DNA of 64,000 nucleotides, from positions 43,321 through 107,320 of the forward strand of contig JANLSU010000103.1 of the NCBI GenBank assembly GCA_031362565.1. The letters run 5' to 3'. The stretch comes from a bacterium (GTDB lineage: Bacteria; Krumholzibacteriota; Krumholzibacteriia; G020349025). Numbering within the stretch: the stretch's first letter is position 1; every line of letters begins with the position of its first letter. The translations under genes were made by a program, and so were the position numbers. Below are positions 9,758 through 19,144 of the stretch, piece by piece. The notes beneath the pieces are model-generated. The model was not told the origin of the DNA. It did not search any database and was given only the letters and a program-made list of their open reading frames with translations.

Positions 9758-11608
9758 TCATTTCTTCGGGGCGCCGAGCGTTGCCTGCAGATCCTTGAGA
9801 GCGCCGGCTCGCAACACCGTGATCTTGAGCGTTTCGCCCGGTTGGTGCGTCTTCAGCACATGCGTGTAGTCGTAGATGTTGCCGATCGTCATCGCGTCGA
9901 TCTTGACGATGAGGTCGCCACCCTGCAAGCCGGCTTTGTCCGCCGGACCGCCGGCACGCACGCCGGAAAGCAACACGCCCTTCAGGTTCTCGTCTTGGCT
10001 GTAGTCGGGAATGGTGCCGAGGTAACTGCCGAAGGAACTGCCGCCGCCGTCGCCACTCGATGGCGCCGGTCCGGTCGCTGCCGCGAACGTCAGCGGCTTG
10101 TCCTGCACCGCACGAGCGACCTCGGTCACGAACGCCGCTACTTCCGAGAGGCCGTCGTAGTTCACCAGCGCCGCATCATCGGTCGGCTTGTGGTAGTCGG
10201 TGTGTGCGCCGGTGAAGAAGTGCAGCACCGGGACGTTTTTCTCGAAGAACGACATGTGGTCGGACGGCCCGTAACCGTCGCCTTTCATGGTCAATTGGAA
10301 CTTAGGTCCGGCGGTGTTGGCGGCGTCCACCAGGGCGTTGAACTCCTTCGCCGTGTCCGTGCCGTACACCATGAGCTTGCGATCGCGCAGCCGTCCCACC
10401 ATGTCCATATTGAGCATCGCGGTCGTGAACTCGAGCGGCACGCTTGGCTGCTTGACGTAATGCCCCGAGCCCACGAGCCCGAGTTCTTCACCGGAAAATG
10501 CCGCGAACAGGATCGACTGCGCCGGCTTGGGTCCGGCCGCGAAATCGCGCGCGATGGCCAGGAGTGCCGCGGTGCCGGACGCGTTGTCATCCGCACCGTT
10601 GTGGATCTCATGCGCATCCGGCGCCAGCGAGTTCTCGCCGCCCATCCCGAGATGGTCGTAGTGCGCGCCGATGACCAGCACATGATGCGGGTCGAGCCCT
10701 GGCAACAGCGCCAGCACATTGCGCAATCGGGTGCGTTGCTTCGCGAGTCCCACGGCCCAGTCGGCATCGCCGACCACGATGGCTTCACCGAGCGGCTTGC
10801 CGCCTTGGTCGATGCGCTTCTGCAAGGCGGCGATGTCGATTCCTGGGGCGGCCTTCGCGAGCGCGTCGCGCCCGATCTGGCCGCAGGGGATGCCGGTGGA
10901 GTAGTAGCCGGTGTCGGCGCGTAGTTTGCCGAGCCGGTCGGGTTCGCCGCTCGCGGGCCCGGTCACAACCAGCATGCCGACGGCGCCCGCTTCGCGCGCC
11001 TCGATGGCCTTGCGACGCAAGTCGGCGGCGGGCACGAGTTGGGCTTGCAATGCATTCGCCGAATCGGCGTGACCAGGCTCGAAGCGCAGCACGAGGACGA
11101 TCTTGCCTTTGACGTCGAGCCCCGCGTAATCGTCGTAGTGCGTCTTGGGAGCGCGAATGCCATAGCCGGCAAACACCACCGGCGCCTCGACCGCGCTGCT
11201 TTCCGCGAATCCGTACGCCATCCAGTCGCGATTGAGCTCGAGATCGTGGCCGGCGATGCGGAGCGCGTTGCGGCCCTCGGGCCGCACGCCGATCGTCACC
11301 TCGAAGCCCTGGAAATAAGTGTCGCCGTCGCCTGCAGGTTCGAGTCCGGCGGCTTTGAAGCGCGCCGCGATGTATTCCGCTGCCGCATCCAAACCCGGCG
11401 TGCCGGGGCCACGTCCTTGCAGCCGGTCGGCGGCGAGATACCCCACCATGGCGCGCAGTGAGTCGGGCGCAAAGGCGTTCGGTACGGCGATCGTCGCACC
11501 GGCCATGGACCCGAACCCCCAAACCCCGGCGCCAAAGAGTGCGCCGGCAAGGACGGCGGCAGCATGTCGCGGGGCCACGAAATCACGGCGCCTGGGGACG
11601 GCTTGCAT
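9758..11608 (-). CDS. M28 family aminopeptidase with PA and C-terminal PDZ domains
   Basis: [27 protein letters not shown] and DYH zinc motifs, a PA insert, and PDZ (YLGTIP...[12 protein letters not shown]). Confidence 0.92.
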   Translation of the reverse strand: MQAVPRRRDFVAPRHAAAVLAGALFGAGVWGFGSMAGATIAVPNAFAPDSLRAMVGYLAADRLQGRGPGTPGLDAAAEYIAARFKAAGLEPAGDGDTYFQGFEVTIGVRPEGRNALRIAGHDLELNRDWMAYGFAESSAVEAPVVFAGYGIRAPKTHYDDYAGLDVKGKIVLVLRFEPGHADSANALQAQLVPAADLRRKAIEAREAGAVGMLVVTGPASGEPDRLGKLRADTGYYSTGIPCGQIGRDALAKAAPGIDIAALQKRIDQGGKPLGEAIVVGDADWAVGLAKQRTRLRNVLALLPGLDPHHVLVIGAHYDHLGMGGENSLAPDAHEIHNGADDNASGTAALLAIARDFAAGPKPAQSILFAAFSGEELGLVGSGHYVKQPSVPLEFTTAMLNMDMVGRLRDRKLMVYGTDTAKEFNALVDAANTAGPKFQLTMKGDGYGPSDHMSFFEKNVPVLHFFTGAHTDYHKPTDDAALVNYDGLSEVAAFVTEVARAVQDKPLTFAAATGPAPSSGDGGGSSFGSYLGTIPDYSQDENLKGVLLSGVRAGGPADKAGLQGGDLIVKIDAMTIGNIYDYTHVLKTHQPGETLKITVLRAGALKDLQATLGAPKK

Positions 11609-11690
11609 CGTTTCTCCTTTGGGGACCGGCACGGCGGAAAAGAGCGCGCCAGTATAACACTGGGTGGCGCGTCCCGCGTACAATGCGCCG

Positions 11691-13694
11691 ATGGCCGAAC
11701 GTCCCACATTCGATCCCGTGACGCGCGCCGCACATCGCGACCAACTGCGCGGCGCGCGCCAGCAAGAGGCGGCGGCTGCCGCCGTGCGTGAACGCCGTGG
11801 CCGGCGGCTGTCGAGCGGCATCGGGCTCGTGCGCTTCGCAGTGTTCGTGGTGTTCGTGATTCTCGCGGTGCGTGTCGTCGGGCACAGTACGATGTCGTCG
11901 GCGTGGCCGGCGGCGGCTGGTTTGGTTTTCGCTGCCGTCGTCGCGGTGCATGCACGCGTCCGTAGCGCAGCCGATCATGCGGCCCGCGAGCGCCAACTCA
12001 GTGCGGAGAGCGCGGCGCGCCTCGGCGGTGCGTTTGGCCCTGGCGCCGGGGCGAGCAGCAGTGGGCAGCTCCCCGCCCATCCGGCGTCGGATCTCGATGC
12101 CGGCGAAGCGGTGTTTCGCGCCACGGATGCCGGCGAGGCGCTCGACCCGGAAGCGCTCGCCGACTTGGGCGTCGACGGTGCGGCGCCGTCGCTCTACCGC
12201 CGGCTCGACAGCACCCAAACTCTGTTGGGCGCGCGGCGCTTGCGGCGCATGTTGCACACGCCACTGCTCGACGCTGCCGCGATTCGTGCCCGCCAAGACG
12301 CCGTGCGGGAACTTGCGGCCGAGCGCATCATGCGCGACCAGTTGCTCGAAGCCTTTGCCGTGGCGCGCGGCGCGCCCATGACGCGCGCGCCGCTATTTCT
12401 CGCCGCACCGCGTCGCCTGTTCGGCACTTCGACCCCGGTTGTCATGGGTGCCGCAGCGTTGGCCGTGATCGCCGGTGCGGCGGCGGTGGCGTTTTGGGCC
12501 CAGTACCATCTGGCGCCGATCGTGTTCCGTACCGGCAGCGTCCTAGCCGGCGTCGGACTTCTGTTATCGATCGCCGTGCACGCGCGGTTGCAGGGGGCGA
12601 CCGCGGGGCTCCGCGATTCGTACCTGGAGCTCGAGCCCATCGTCCGGCTCGCCGCCGATGTCGCGCGCGTGCTGCTGGCGCATTCGCCCCAAAGCAGCCG
12701 CCTCGTCGAACTGCGCGCCGAATTCACCGCCCTCGTCGCCGGACGCGGTGCGGCGCGTCTCACTTCCGTGCGCCGGGCGCTGCGTCTCTTGCACGTGCAC
12801 GAGTTTGGTGCCGCGTATCCGGTCGTTGAACTCTGCACTGGTTCCGAGGTGCAGGCACTCTTCGCCCTCGAAGGCAGCATGAAGCCGCCGCACGCCAACT
12901 GGGAACGCGTCGCCGGCGCGCTCGGTGAGTTGGAAGCACTGGCGGCGCTGGCGGTCGACGCCGACGAGTGTGGTCCGTGGCCGTATGCGGAGTTTGTCGA
13001 TGGCGCGCCCGAACTCGAGATCGAAGCCGGCGCCCATCCGCTGCTCGATGCGCTGCATGTCGTGCCGAACGACTGCCGGCTGGCAGGAGCGACACGCTTG
13101 GCGCTCGTGACCGGCAGCAACATGGCGGGTAAGTCGACGTTCTTGCGCATGGTGGCGTTGAATGTCGTGCTGGCGCAGGCTGGAGGCGTGGTGCGCGCCC
13201 AACGCGTGCGGCTCACACCATTGCGTTTGCGGGCGCTCATCCATGTGCGCGATTCGCTGGCCGACGGCAAGAGTTACTTCAAGGTCGAGGTCGAACGCGT
13301 CCGCGAGGTGATCGAAACCGTTGGGCGGGAAGCACATGTGCTGGCGGTGTTCGACGAGTTGTTTCGCGGCACCAACTCGATCGAACGCATCGCGGCCGGC
13401 CGCGCGATCGCGCGCCACTTGGCGGCGTCCGGCGGACTCTTCCTGCTCGCGACCCACGACCATGAACTGGCGCGGTTGGCCGAACAGGCCGCCGACGGTG
13501 TCGTGGCATGGCACTTTGGCGACGAGGTCGTCGACGGCGCGTTGCACTTTTCATACGCGCTCGAGCCGGGTGTGAGCCGGGCCCACAACGCGATTCGCTT
13601 GCTGGAAGAGGCGGGCTACCCGACAGCGATCGTCACTGAGGCGCGCGCCGAGGCGGCGCAGCGGACCGCCGGTTTGCCGTTGGATGAGGGCTAG
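11691..13694 (+). CDS. Membrane-associated MutS domain-V ATPase (MutS-related protein lacking the mismatch-binding domain)
   Basis: Two pairs of TM helices, Walker A GSNMAGKST, SYFKVE, DELFRGTN, ATHD and GVSRAHNA. Confidence 0.85.
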   Translation: MAERPTFDPVTRAAHRDQLRGARQQEAAAAAVRERRGRRLSSGIGLVRFAVFVVFVILAVRVVGHSTMSSAWPAAAGLVFAAVVAVHARVRSAADHAARERQLSAESAARLGGAFGPGAGASSSGQLPAHPASDLDAGEAVFRATDAGEALDPEALADLGVDGAAPSLYRRLDSTQTLLGARRLRRMLHTPLLDAAAIRARQDAVRELAAERIMRDQLLEAFAVARGAPMTRAPLFLAAPRRLFGTSTPVVMGAAALAVIAGAAAVAFWAQYHLAPIVFRTGSVLAGVGLLLSIAVHARLQGATAGLRDSYLELEPIVRLAADVARVLLAHSPQSSRLVELRAEFTALVAGRGAARLTSVRRALRLLHVHEFGAAYPVVELCTGSEVQALFALEGSMKPPHANWERVAGALGELEALAALAVDADECGPWPYAEFVDGAPELEIEAGAHPLLDALHVVPNDCRLAGATRLALVTGSNMAGKSTFLRMVALNVVLAQAGGVVRAQRVRLTPLRLRALIHVRDSLADGKSYFKVEVERVREVIETVGREAHVLAVFDELFRGTNSIERIAAGRAIARHLAASGGLFLLATHDHELARLAEQAADGVVAWHFGDEVVDGALHFSYALEPGVSRAHNAIRLLEEAGYPTAIVTEARAEAAQRTAGLPLDEG

Positions 13695-13815
13695 GAAGTA
13701 GGTCGACCCGGGTCGCAGGAACACCGACTAAGTTGAAGCCGGACCCGCGACCCGGGATCTACCTGCAAAATGTACCCGCGAGCGGCACTGAAAGTGCCCG
13801 GCCTTGAGCCAAATC

Positions 13816-16143
13816 TCAGTGCAGAACGACGATTCCGGCCGTCCCGTGCGCCCCGCGCCACGCGGCGCGCGCCGCCCAGTCCAATGCACCCAACCGCCGC
13901 CAGGTGTCGATGCCGGGTGTGGTGGCCAGAGCTCGGAAACGCGCCTCGGCGGCGGCGGAATTCCCGGCCGCAAAATCCGCCCGCGCCCGCAGTTCCTCGG
14001 CGGTGCGCCGCGCCAACGGGCCGAGCGTGGCGCTCGCGAGCGCCGCGTCCAATTCCACCGCCGCGGCTTCCGGCTGGCCCGCGAAATAGAGCCGCCTGCC
14101 GAAGAGATACCGAGGGAGTGCATCCGCCGGCACCGCGAGCCGCGCCCGGACCAAGAGTCCCAGTGCCGCGGCGTCGGTGGGGGTGACATCGGTGAGGTAG
14201 TCGCGCAGGAGCGTTGCGACGCCAGTGTCGCCGAGCGCGGCGCGCAACACTTCGTAGGCGCGTGCATCGTCGGACGAGGTACTCGCGGTCAAGCCTTGCA
14301 AATAGAAACTGTCGGCGGCCGCGACGCGGCCCAAGTGCCACGCCGCGTCGCCGGAGAGTCGCAGCGCGCGGTCGCGCACGCTCGGTCCCGCATGCGCGTC
14401 GGTCAAAGCGCTGCCGGCGAGTTCGAGCGCGCCGCGCGCGTCGCCGCCCGCCAGTTTGGCGCGCCCCCAGTCGACGAGCCGCGCCGGATCGTCGGGGTCG
14501 ATCGCCAGCAAACGCGACAGCGTCGATTCGGCGCGCGTGCCGTCGCCGACGGCGCGTGCCGCCGTGGCTTGCGATTCGAGTTGAGCCGTTTCGTGGGCGC
14601 ACGGCGCCGCGAAGATCGACCGCGATCCGAACAACCGGTCGGCGCGCCGCAGTTGCGGGGCCGTGGGTGGGGTGCGATGGATGATGGCGCGCCACTCGCC
14701 GGTCAGCGCCGACAAATGCTTGCCATACGCCGCCTCGAAGTCGCCGCGGCGCCAGAGCGCGTTGAAACGCGCCATGCCATATGTGTCGACGAGATAGCGC
14801 ACGAATGAACCCGCTGCCGTGTAGGCACGCGAACCGGAAAGCGTCCAAAAGCCCCAGGCGGAGAGCGCCCGTTCGATGTCGGGCAAGAGATGCAGCGAAT
14901 CCATCGCCGCGCAGGCCTCGTGCGGCGTCATCTCGAGGCGGGCGCTTTCGTCGGCCCATTCGGCGGCGACAGCGATGCCTTCGTGAATGCCGATCTTCCA
15001 GCACACCGGCACCCAAGGATCGATTTGCGCCGCGAAGATGTGCGCCATCTCGTGGGTCAGCACCGGATGCGGGTCGTCGTTGGCGGAGTTGATGTGGAAC
15101 TCGTCGGCGACGGCATCTTCGAAGCTCGTGCCGCCGGCCCCCATGAGGCGTTTCTTTTGTTCGGCGGATGCGTACACGTAGCTGCCGATGCGCCGTCCCG
15201 GGGAGCGCCCGAAAAACGCGCTCAATTGCGCATAGCGAGTCTCGTGCTCGACGGCGAGTGCCCGGGCGCGGGCTTCGGTCAGCGCACTGCGCGCGAAGTA
15301 CAAGTGCACATGCGGCGTCTCGATCTCGCCACCGAGAGTGCGTTGAATGAAGGCGCGGTCGATGCGCAGTCCGAGCGGTGCGCTGAACAGCGTCGTGAGA
15401 CCGAGTCCTGCGAGCACCGTGCCGAGGAGCGCCGCCACGACCGCGCGCTCGCTCTGCCAGGCGCGAACCACGTACGAGAGCCGGCCACGCCGCCCATCCC
15501 AGGCCAGCCATCCTACGAGCAGTGCCGCGATCGCTTGCGCGACGACGATCGCCCGCGCCAGCACCAGCGTTGCGGACAGGGGAATCTCGGTGTCATAGAG
15601 CGGTCCGGCGAAGAAACCGATGAAGGCGTTGTAGGCGAACTTCTGCGGCTCGGCGAGCACGAAGATGAGCGTTGAAACGTACGTCGCCACGCTCCACAGG
15701 ATGAATGTGGCGCGCGGCCGCCGGGCGCCCAACCCGAAGGTGAATCCGAAGGCGCTGCCATAGAGCACCGCGGGCAGAACGAGTACGGCGTAAAAGCCGA
15801 GGCCCTCCACCGCGTTGCAGGCCGGCACCCAGAAGGAGCGCAGGCCCATGAGCAAGAGCGGGGTGACTGCGAGGGTCAGGTTCTCGAAGCCGGTGCGCGC
15901 CCAGACCGTGCCTGGAAAAGGCGCCGCTTCGGCATCCGGGTGGCGCCTCGCCGCACGTGCCACCCCCGCCGCGCGCCAGCCCGAGACGTAGGCGAGGACG
16001 CAGCCGAGGACGACCGCAAATTCGAAGCCCAAGGTGTTGTAGAGCGGCACCGCCCACAGAACCAGGGTCGCCACGGCCACCACGCCGTGGGCGCGCCAGA
16101 TCGCTGCAACGCGCGGAACTCCAAACGCCACCGGCGGTTTCAT
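13816..16143 (-). CDS. Multi-pass membrane protein with a zincin (HExxH) domain and C-terminal TPR-like repeats
   Basis: About 7 N-terminal TM segments, THEMAH...HEG motif, and Ala/Leu-rich helical repeats. Confidence 0.7.
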   Translation of the reverse strand: MKPPVAFGVPRVAAIWRAHGVVAVATLVLWAVPLYNTLGFEFAVVLGCVLAYVSGWRAAGVARAARRHPDAEAAPFPGTVWARTGFENLTLAVTPLLLMGLRSFWVPACNAVEGLGFYAVLVLPAVLYGSAFGFTFGLGARRPRATFILWSVATYVSTLIFVLAEPQKFAYNAFIGFFAGPLYDTEIPLSATLVLARAIVVAQAIAALLVGWLAWDGRRGRLSYVVRAWQSERAVVAALLGTVLAGLGLTTLFSAPLGLRIDRAFIQRTLGGEIETPHVHLYFARSALTEARARALAVEHETRYAQLSAFFGRSPGRRIGSYVYASAEQKKRLMGAGGTSFEDAVADEFHINSANDDPHPVLTHEMAHIFAAQIDPWVPVCWKIGIHEGIAVAAEWADESARLEMTPHEACAAMDSLHLLPDIERALSAWGFWTLSGSRAYTAAGSFVRYLVDTYGMARFNALWRRGDFEAAYGKHLSALTGEWRAIIHRTPPTAPQLRRADRLFGSRSIFAAPCAHETAQLESQATAARAVGDGTRAESTLSRLLAIDPDDPARLVDWGRAKLAGGDARGALELAGSALTDAHAGPSVRDRALRLSGDAAWHLGRVAAADSFYLQGLTASTSSDDARAYEVLRAALGDTGVATLLRDYLTDVTPTDAAALGLLVRARLAVPADALPRYLFGRRLYFAGQPEAAAVELDAALASATLGPLARRTAEELRARADFAAGNSAAAEARFRALATTPGIDTWRRLGALDWAARAAWRGAHGTAGIVVLH

Positions 16144-16195
16144 AGGGCCATGCTAGACTGAGGCCCACCCCGGAAGGAAGCAAGAGGAGGAAACG

Positions 16196-16561
16196 ATGCG
16201 ATTTGGAACGAGAGCGCTCGTTGTGACCGCAGCCGTGGTCCTGGGGGCTGGGTTCGGGCTCGGACGGGCTTCGGCGCGGGTTCGCGGCGACACCGTGACC
16301 GGCGTCTTTGGAGTCGGCGGCGTGATCGTGCAACACGGTACTGACGCAGTCCTCTGGCAGTATCTGCCGGACGACAAGAAATGGCAGACGATCGACGCAG
16401 CCTTCAAGCGCGACGGACGCGAGACGCACGTGCTGCCACTGCCCGTTCCGGCCGCCAAGATCCGCGCGATGGAGAGTTGGGGATTCCTGGTCACGACCGA
16501 TGGCCAGATCTGGCACTACGACATCGACGACAACAAATGGCACGATATCGGAATGCCTTGA
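16196..16561 (+). CDS. Hypothetical secreted protein
   Basis: GAGGAGG RBS, signal peptide, and a Trp-rich beta-type mature region. Confidence 0.75.
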   Translation: MRFGTRALVVTAAVVLGAGFGLGRASARVRGDTVTGVFGVGGVIVQHGTDAVLWQYLPDDKKWQTIDAAFKRDGRETHVLPLPVPAAKIRAMESWGFLVTTDGQIWHYDIDDNKWHDIGMP

Positions 16562-16735
16562 GGCCTATTGGGGCTTTGGTTGGCCCCGCGGCGCCCGCGC
16601 GCCGGAGCGCCTCCAGCCGCGGGCATCGCAACCCGGGACTTTCAGCGCCGGGGAGCGTATCTTTAGATAGAGCGCGGTGAGCAGAGCCCCATTCCCCTGT
16701 GGGCTGAGTTCCCTAAAGGGAGAGGGTTGGTTGTC

Positions 16736-17800
16736 ATGAAATGCCGCAGTTTCGTCTTCGCTTGCGCCCTCGTCGCGACGATGGTTGCGCCGGTCTTCGC
16801 GGATCGTGCCGCCAACGGCGATGACGAGATTGGCGCTGTCCTACGCCTCGTCGCGGCCGGTGTTTCCGATGAAGTCATCGTGAAGCACATTCGTGCCGCC
16901 GGTTACGTCTTCGATCTCACGACCGACGACATCGTCGATTTGCGCCACCAGGGTGTGAGCGACACGCTGCTCGCGGCGATGATCGACACATCGATCGACA
17001 ACGGCGATGCGCCGCGGTCGACTCCGAACCGTGAGAGTGACGTCGATGACGATTCGGGTGACACGACGACACAGGTGACGCTGAGTGCCGGGTGGTTCTC
17101 GCCTTGGTACCAGTATCCGTACGCTTGGGGCTCGTACTACGATCCGTTCCCGACGTGCTACTCGTACTACTACTATCCATTCCGCTTCTGCCATTCGTGG
17201 GGTTACTACGGCTCCAACCGTGGTTACTACTACTGCGATACATGGGCAGGATATCGCTGGTGGGACAACGTCGGCTGGTACAACCAGTGCGCGTCGCGGC
17301 CGGGCTGCCGCATCCCGATTCATCGCACCGACGGTTTGTCGTGGCAAGCGGGCCGGGCGTTGCCGGCGAACCATGGCGTCGGCAGGGTGCGCACGCGCAA
17401 CGCCAGCGAGATCGCCCGTCCGCGGCGTGAACATTGGAGTTCAGCGTCGCGTCTCGACAATCGTTTCGATCGCACCCGCACGCGGGTGAGCGCGCCCGTC
17501 AACTCCAGCGAACCGGCGCATGCACCGCGCGGCCGCGGCTCGGAATCGGTACAAGCGCCACGCAGCCGTGCATCCGAACCGACGCGGGCACCGCGCGAGT
17601 ACTCGCCGCCGGCGGCGGCGCCACGCGAGTTCTCACCGCCGGCCGCGGCGCCACGTGGGCACGAATCGGCACCCGCGCCGTCGCCGCGTGGATCCATGTC
17701 GCCACCGCCATCCAGCGCACCGCCTGCAGCTGCACGTGGTGCCGGCGTTTCAATGCCGGCGCGTGGCGAAAGCGGCGGACGGTCACGAGTGCGTCCGTAA
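16736..17800 (+). CDS. Hypothetical secreted protein with a helical N-domain, Tyr/Trp/Cys-rich middle and Pro/Ser/Arg-rich tail
   Basis: Signal peptide, AGVSDEVIV/QGVSDTLL repeat, YYYYPF region, and APRE(Y/F)SPPAA tandem repeat. Terminator follows. Confidence 0.75.
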   Translation: MKCRSFVFACALVATMVAPVFADRAANGDDEIGAVLRLVAAGVSDEVIVKHIRAAGYVFDLTTDDIVDLRHQGVSDTLLAAMIDTSIDNGDAPRSTPNRESDVDDDSGDTTTQVTLSAGWFSPWYQYPYAWGSYYDPFPTCYSYYYYPFRFCHSWGYYGSNRGYYYCDTWAGYRWWDNVGWYNQCASRPGCRIPIHRTDGLSWQAGRALPANHGVGRVRTRNASEIARPRREHWSSASRLDNRFDRTRTRVSAPVNSSEPAHAPRGRGSESVQAPRSRASEPTRAPREYSPPAAAPREFSPPAAAPRGHESAPAPSPRGSMSPPPSSAPPAAARGAGVSMPARGESGGRSRVRP

Positions 17801-17843
17801 AGCAACGCGAGCGCGGCAAGCTCCCGAGCGCGACTCAAGACAA

Positions 17844-17883
17844 GAACCGGCCGCGAACCTCTCGCGGCCGGTTTCTCTTTGTT
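17844..17883 (+). terminator. Rho-independent terminator
   Basis: AACCGGCCGCGA-ACCTC-TCGCGGCCGGTT followed by TCTCTTTGTT. Confidence 0.8.
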
Positions 17884-18358
17884 GAGCCTCCCCCGAGAGC
17901 ACGGCGGCGCGGAAGGCGGGCGCGAGGCGCATCGCGCCGCGGAATCAAATTTGGCGCCTGATCCAAGTCGTTGACCGGTATGGCGCGGGTGCGGTATCGC
18001 TCCCCGGCGCGGTTCATCGCCCCCTGAATGAAGGGGGGCACGGGGTCCGCAGGGGTGAGGGGTCGAGGGGCAAGGGGCGCGGGCGGATCGTCGCGGCGTT
18101 TCCCACAGTAGGATTCGACACGCGGCATGGCCGGGCATCGCGAGATGCTCTCGGTTGTGCATCGGGGTCGTCGCCTTGGGTCAGTCTGGCCGAGATATTG
18201 CCCCCGGTAGTCTCCGGGGGCAGGCTCGCGCCGCTCGTGACCGGCCTCCAATCCTGTAACTCCTTGTGTGTATGAGCATTGGCCCGATCGGCCCGAATCT
18301 CCCTGGGGGGCGTTCGGCGGGCACGGTGCAAGCGCGGGATTGCAGAGGGGGAAACCAC

Positions 18359-19102
18359 GTGCGGCGAGAGAAGCTCTTTGGCTTCATTGGCTTGGGGCTC
18401 TTCTTCCTTTTTCCACTCATCAGCGTCTTGCAGGTGAGCGACGTCGACGGGGCGTGGCGCCAGGTCGTTGCCAACACGCAGCCGAGCGTGGTGCGCATTA
18501 CGAGCCTCGACGACGGCGTGGCTGCGGTCTCGGGCGTGGTTGTCGAACGCACCCCGCTCCGCGTCGCGATTGCCGGGCGCTCGGAGAGCGCCGTGCTGCG
18601 AACGGCCTCGGGCGACGGTTGGCTCGAATGGCAGCCGGTTTACGCCGATCCGCATGGCGATTTCACGATTCTCGAAGCCCGCACGGCGACTGCCGCGGCG
18701 GCGAGCGTCCCGGCTCCGACCGCGGTCGACCCAGCGGTCATCGGTGACATGACTGCGGCCCCGGAAGACGACCGGGGCGTGGTGGCAGTCCTCGTCGCAC
18801 CCTCGGCGCGCCCCGAACTGCCGATGTGGGTGGGCAAGCTGACGGCGCAACGTGGCGCCGACGGCCGCCCGTCCTACCAAGGGGATGGCCTGCGGCCGTT
18901 GCGCGCCGATGTCGTCGGCACGGCGGAAGCCGAAGCCGCGGCGCCGCCCGTCGATCCGGCGCTGTGTGGCGCGCCGTTCGTGACCCGCGACGGGGTGGTG
19001 CTGGCGCTCTATGCCGGCCGTACCGCCGACGGCATTCGGGCGGTCCCCATGGCACTCGTCCGCGACGCGATGGCAGTACTCGATCGTCACGCTCGGCACT
19101 GA
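18359..19102 (+). CDS. Membrane-anchored trypsin-like (HtrA-type fold) protein with a degenerate catalytic triad
   Basis: TM helix, PSVVRI, SGVVV, DFTIL and ALCGAPFVTRDGVVLAL (compare GNSGGPLVNxxGEVIGI). GTG start after GAGGGGG. Confidence 0.55.
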   Translation: MRREKLFGFIGLGLFFLFPLISVLQVSDVDGAWRQVVANTQPSVVRITSLDDGVAAVSGVVVERTPLRVAIAGRSESAVLRTASGDGWLEWQPVYADPHGDFTILEARTATAAAASVPAPTAVDPAVIGDMTAAPEDDRGVVAVLVAPSARPELPMWVGKLTAQRGADGRPSYQGDGLRPLRADVVGTAEAEAAAPPVDPALCGAPFVTRDGVVLALYAGRTADGIRAVPMALVRDAMAVLDRHARH

Positions 19103-19144
19103 ACGCGCCGCCGGCGCGACTCGATCCGGCATAGAATCCGGCCC

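Noticed and set aside
16161..16185. CCGGAAGGAAGCA resembling the SRP RNA helix 8 motif
   Set aside because: It lacks the preceding CAGG and the long flanking helix, and sits in a 52-bp gap that is simply promoter plus RBS.
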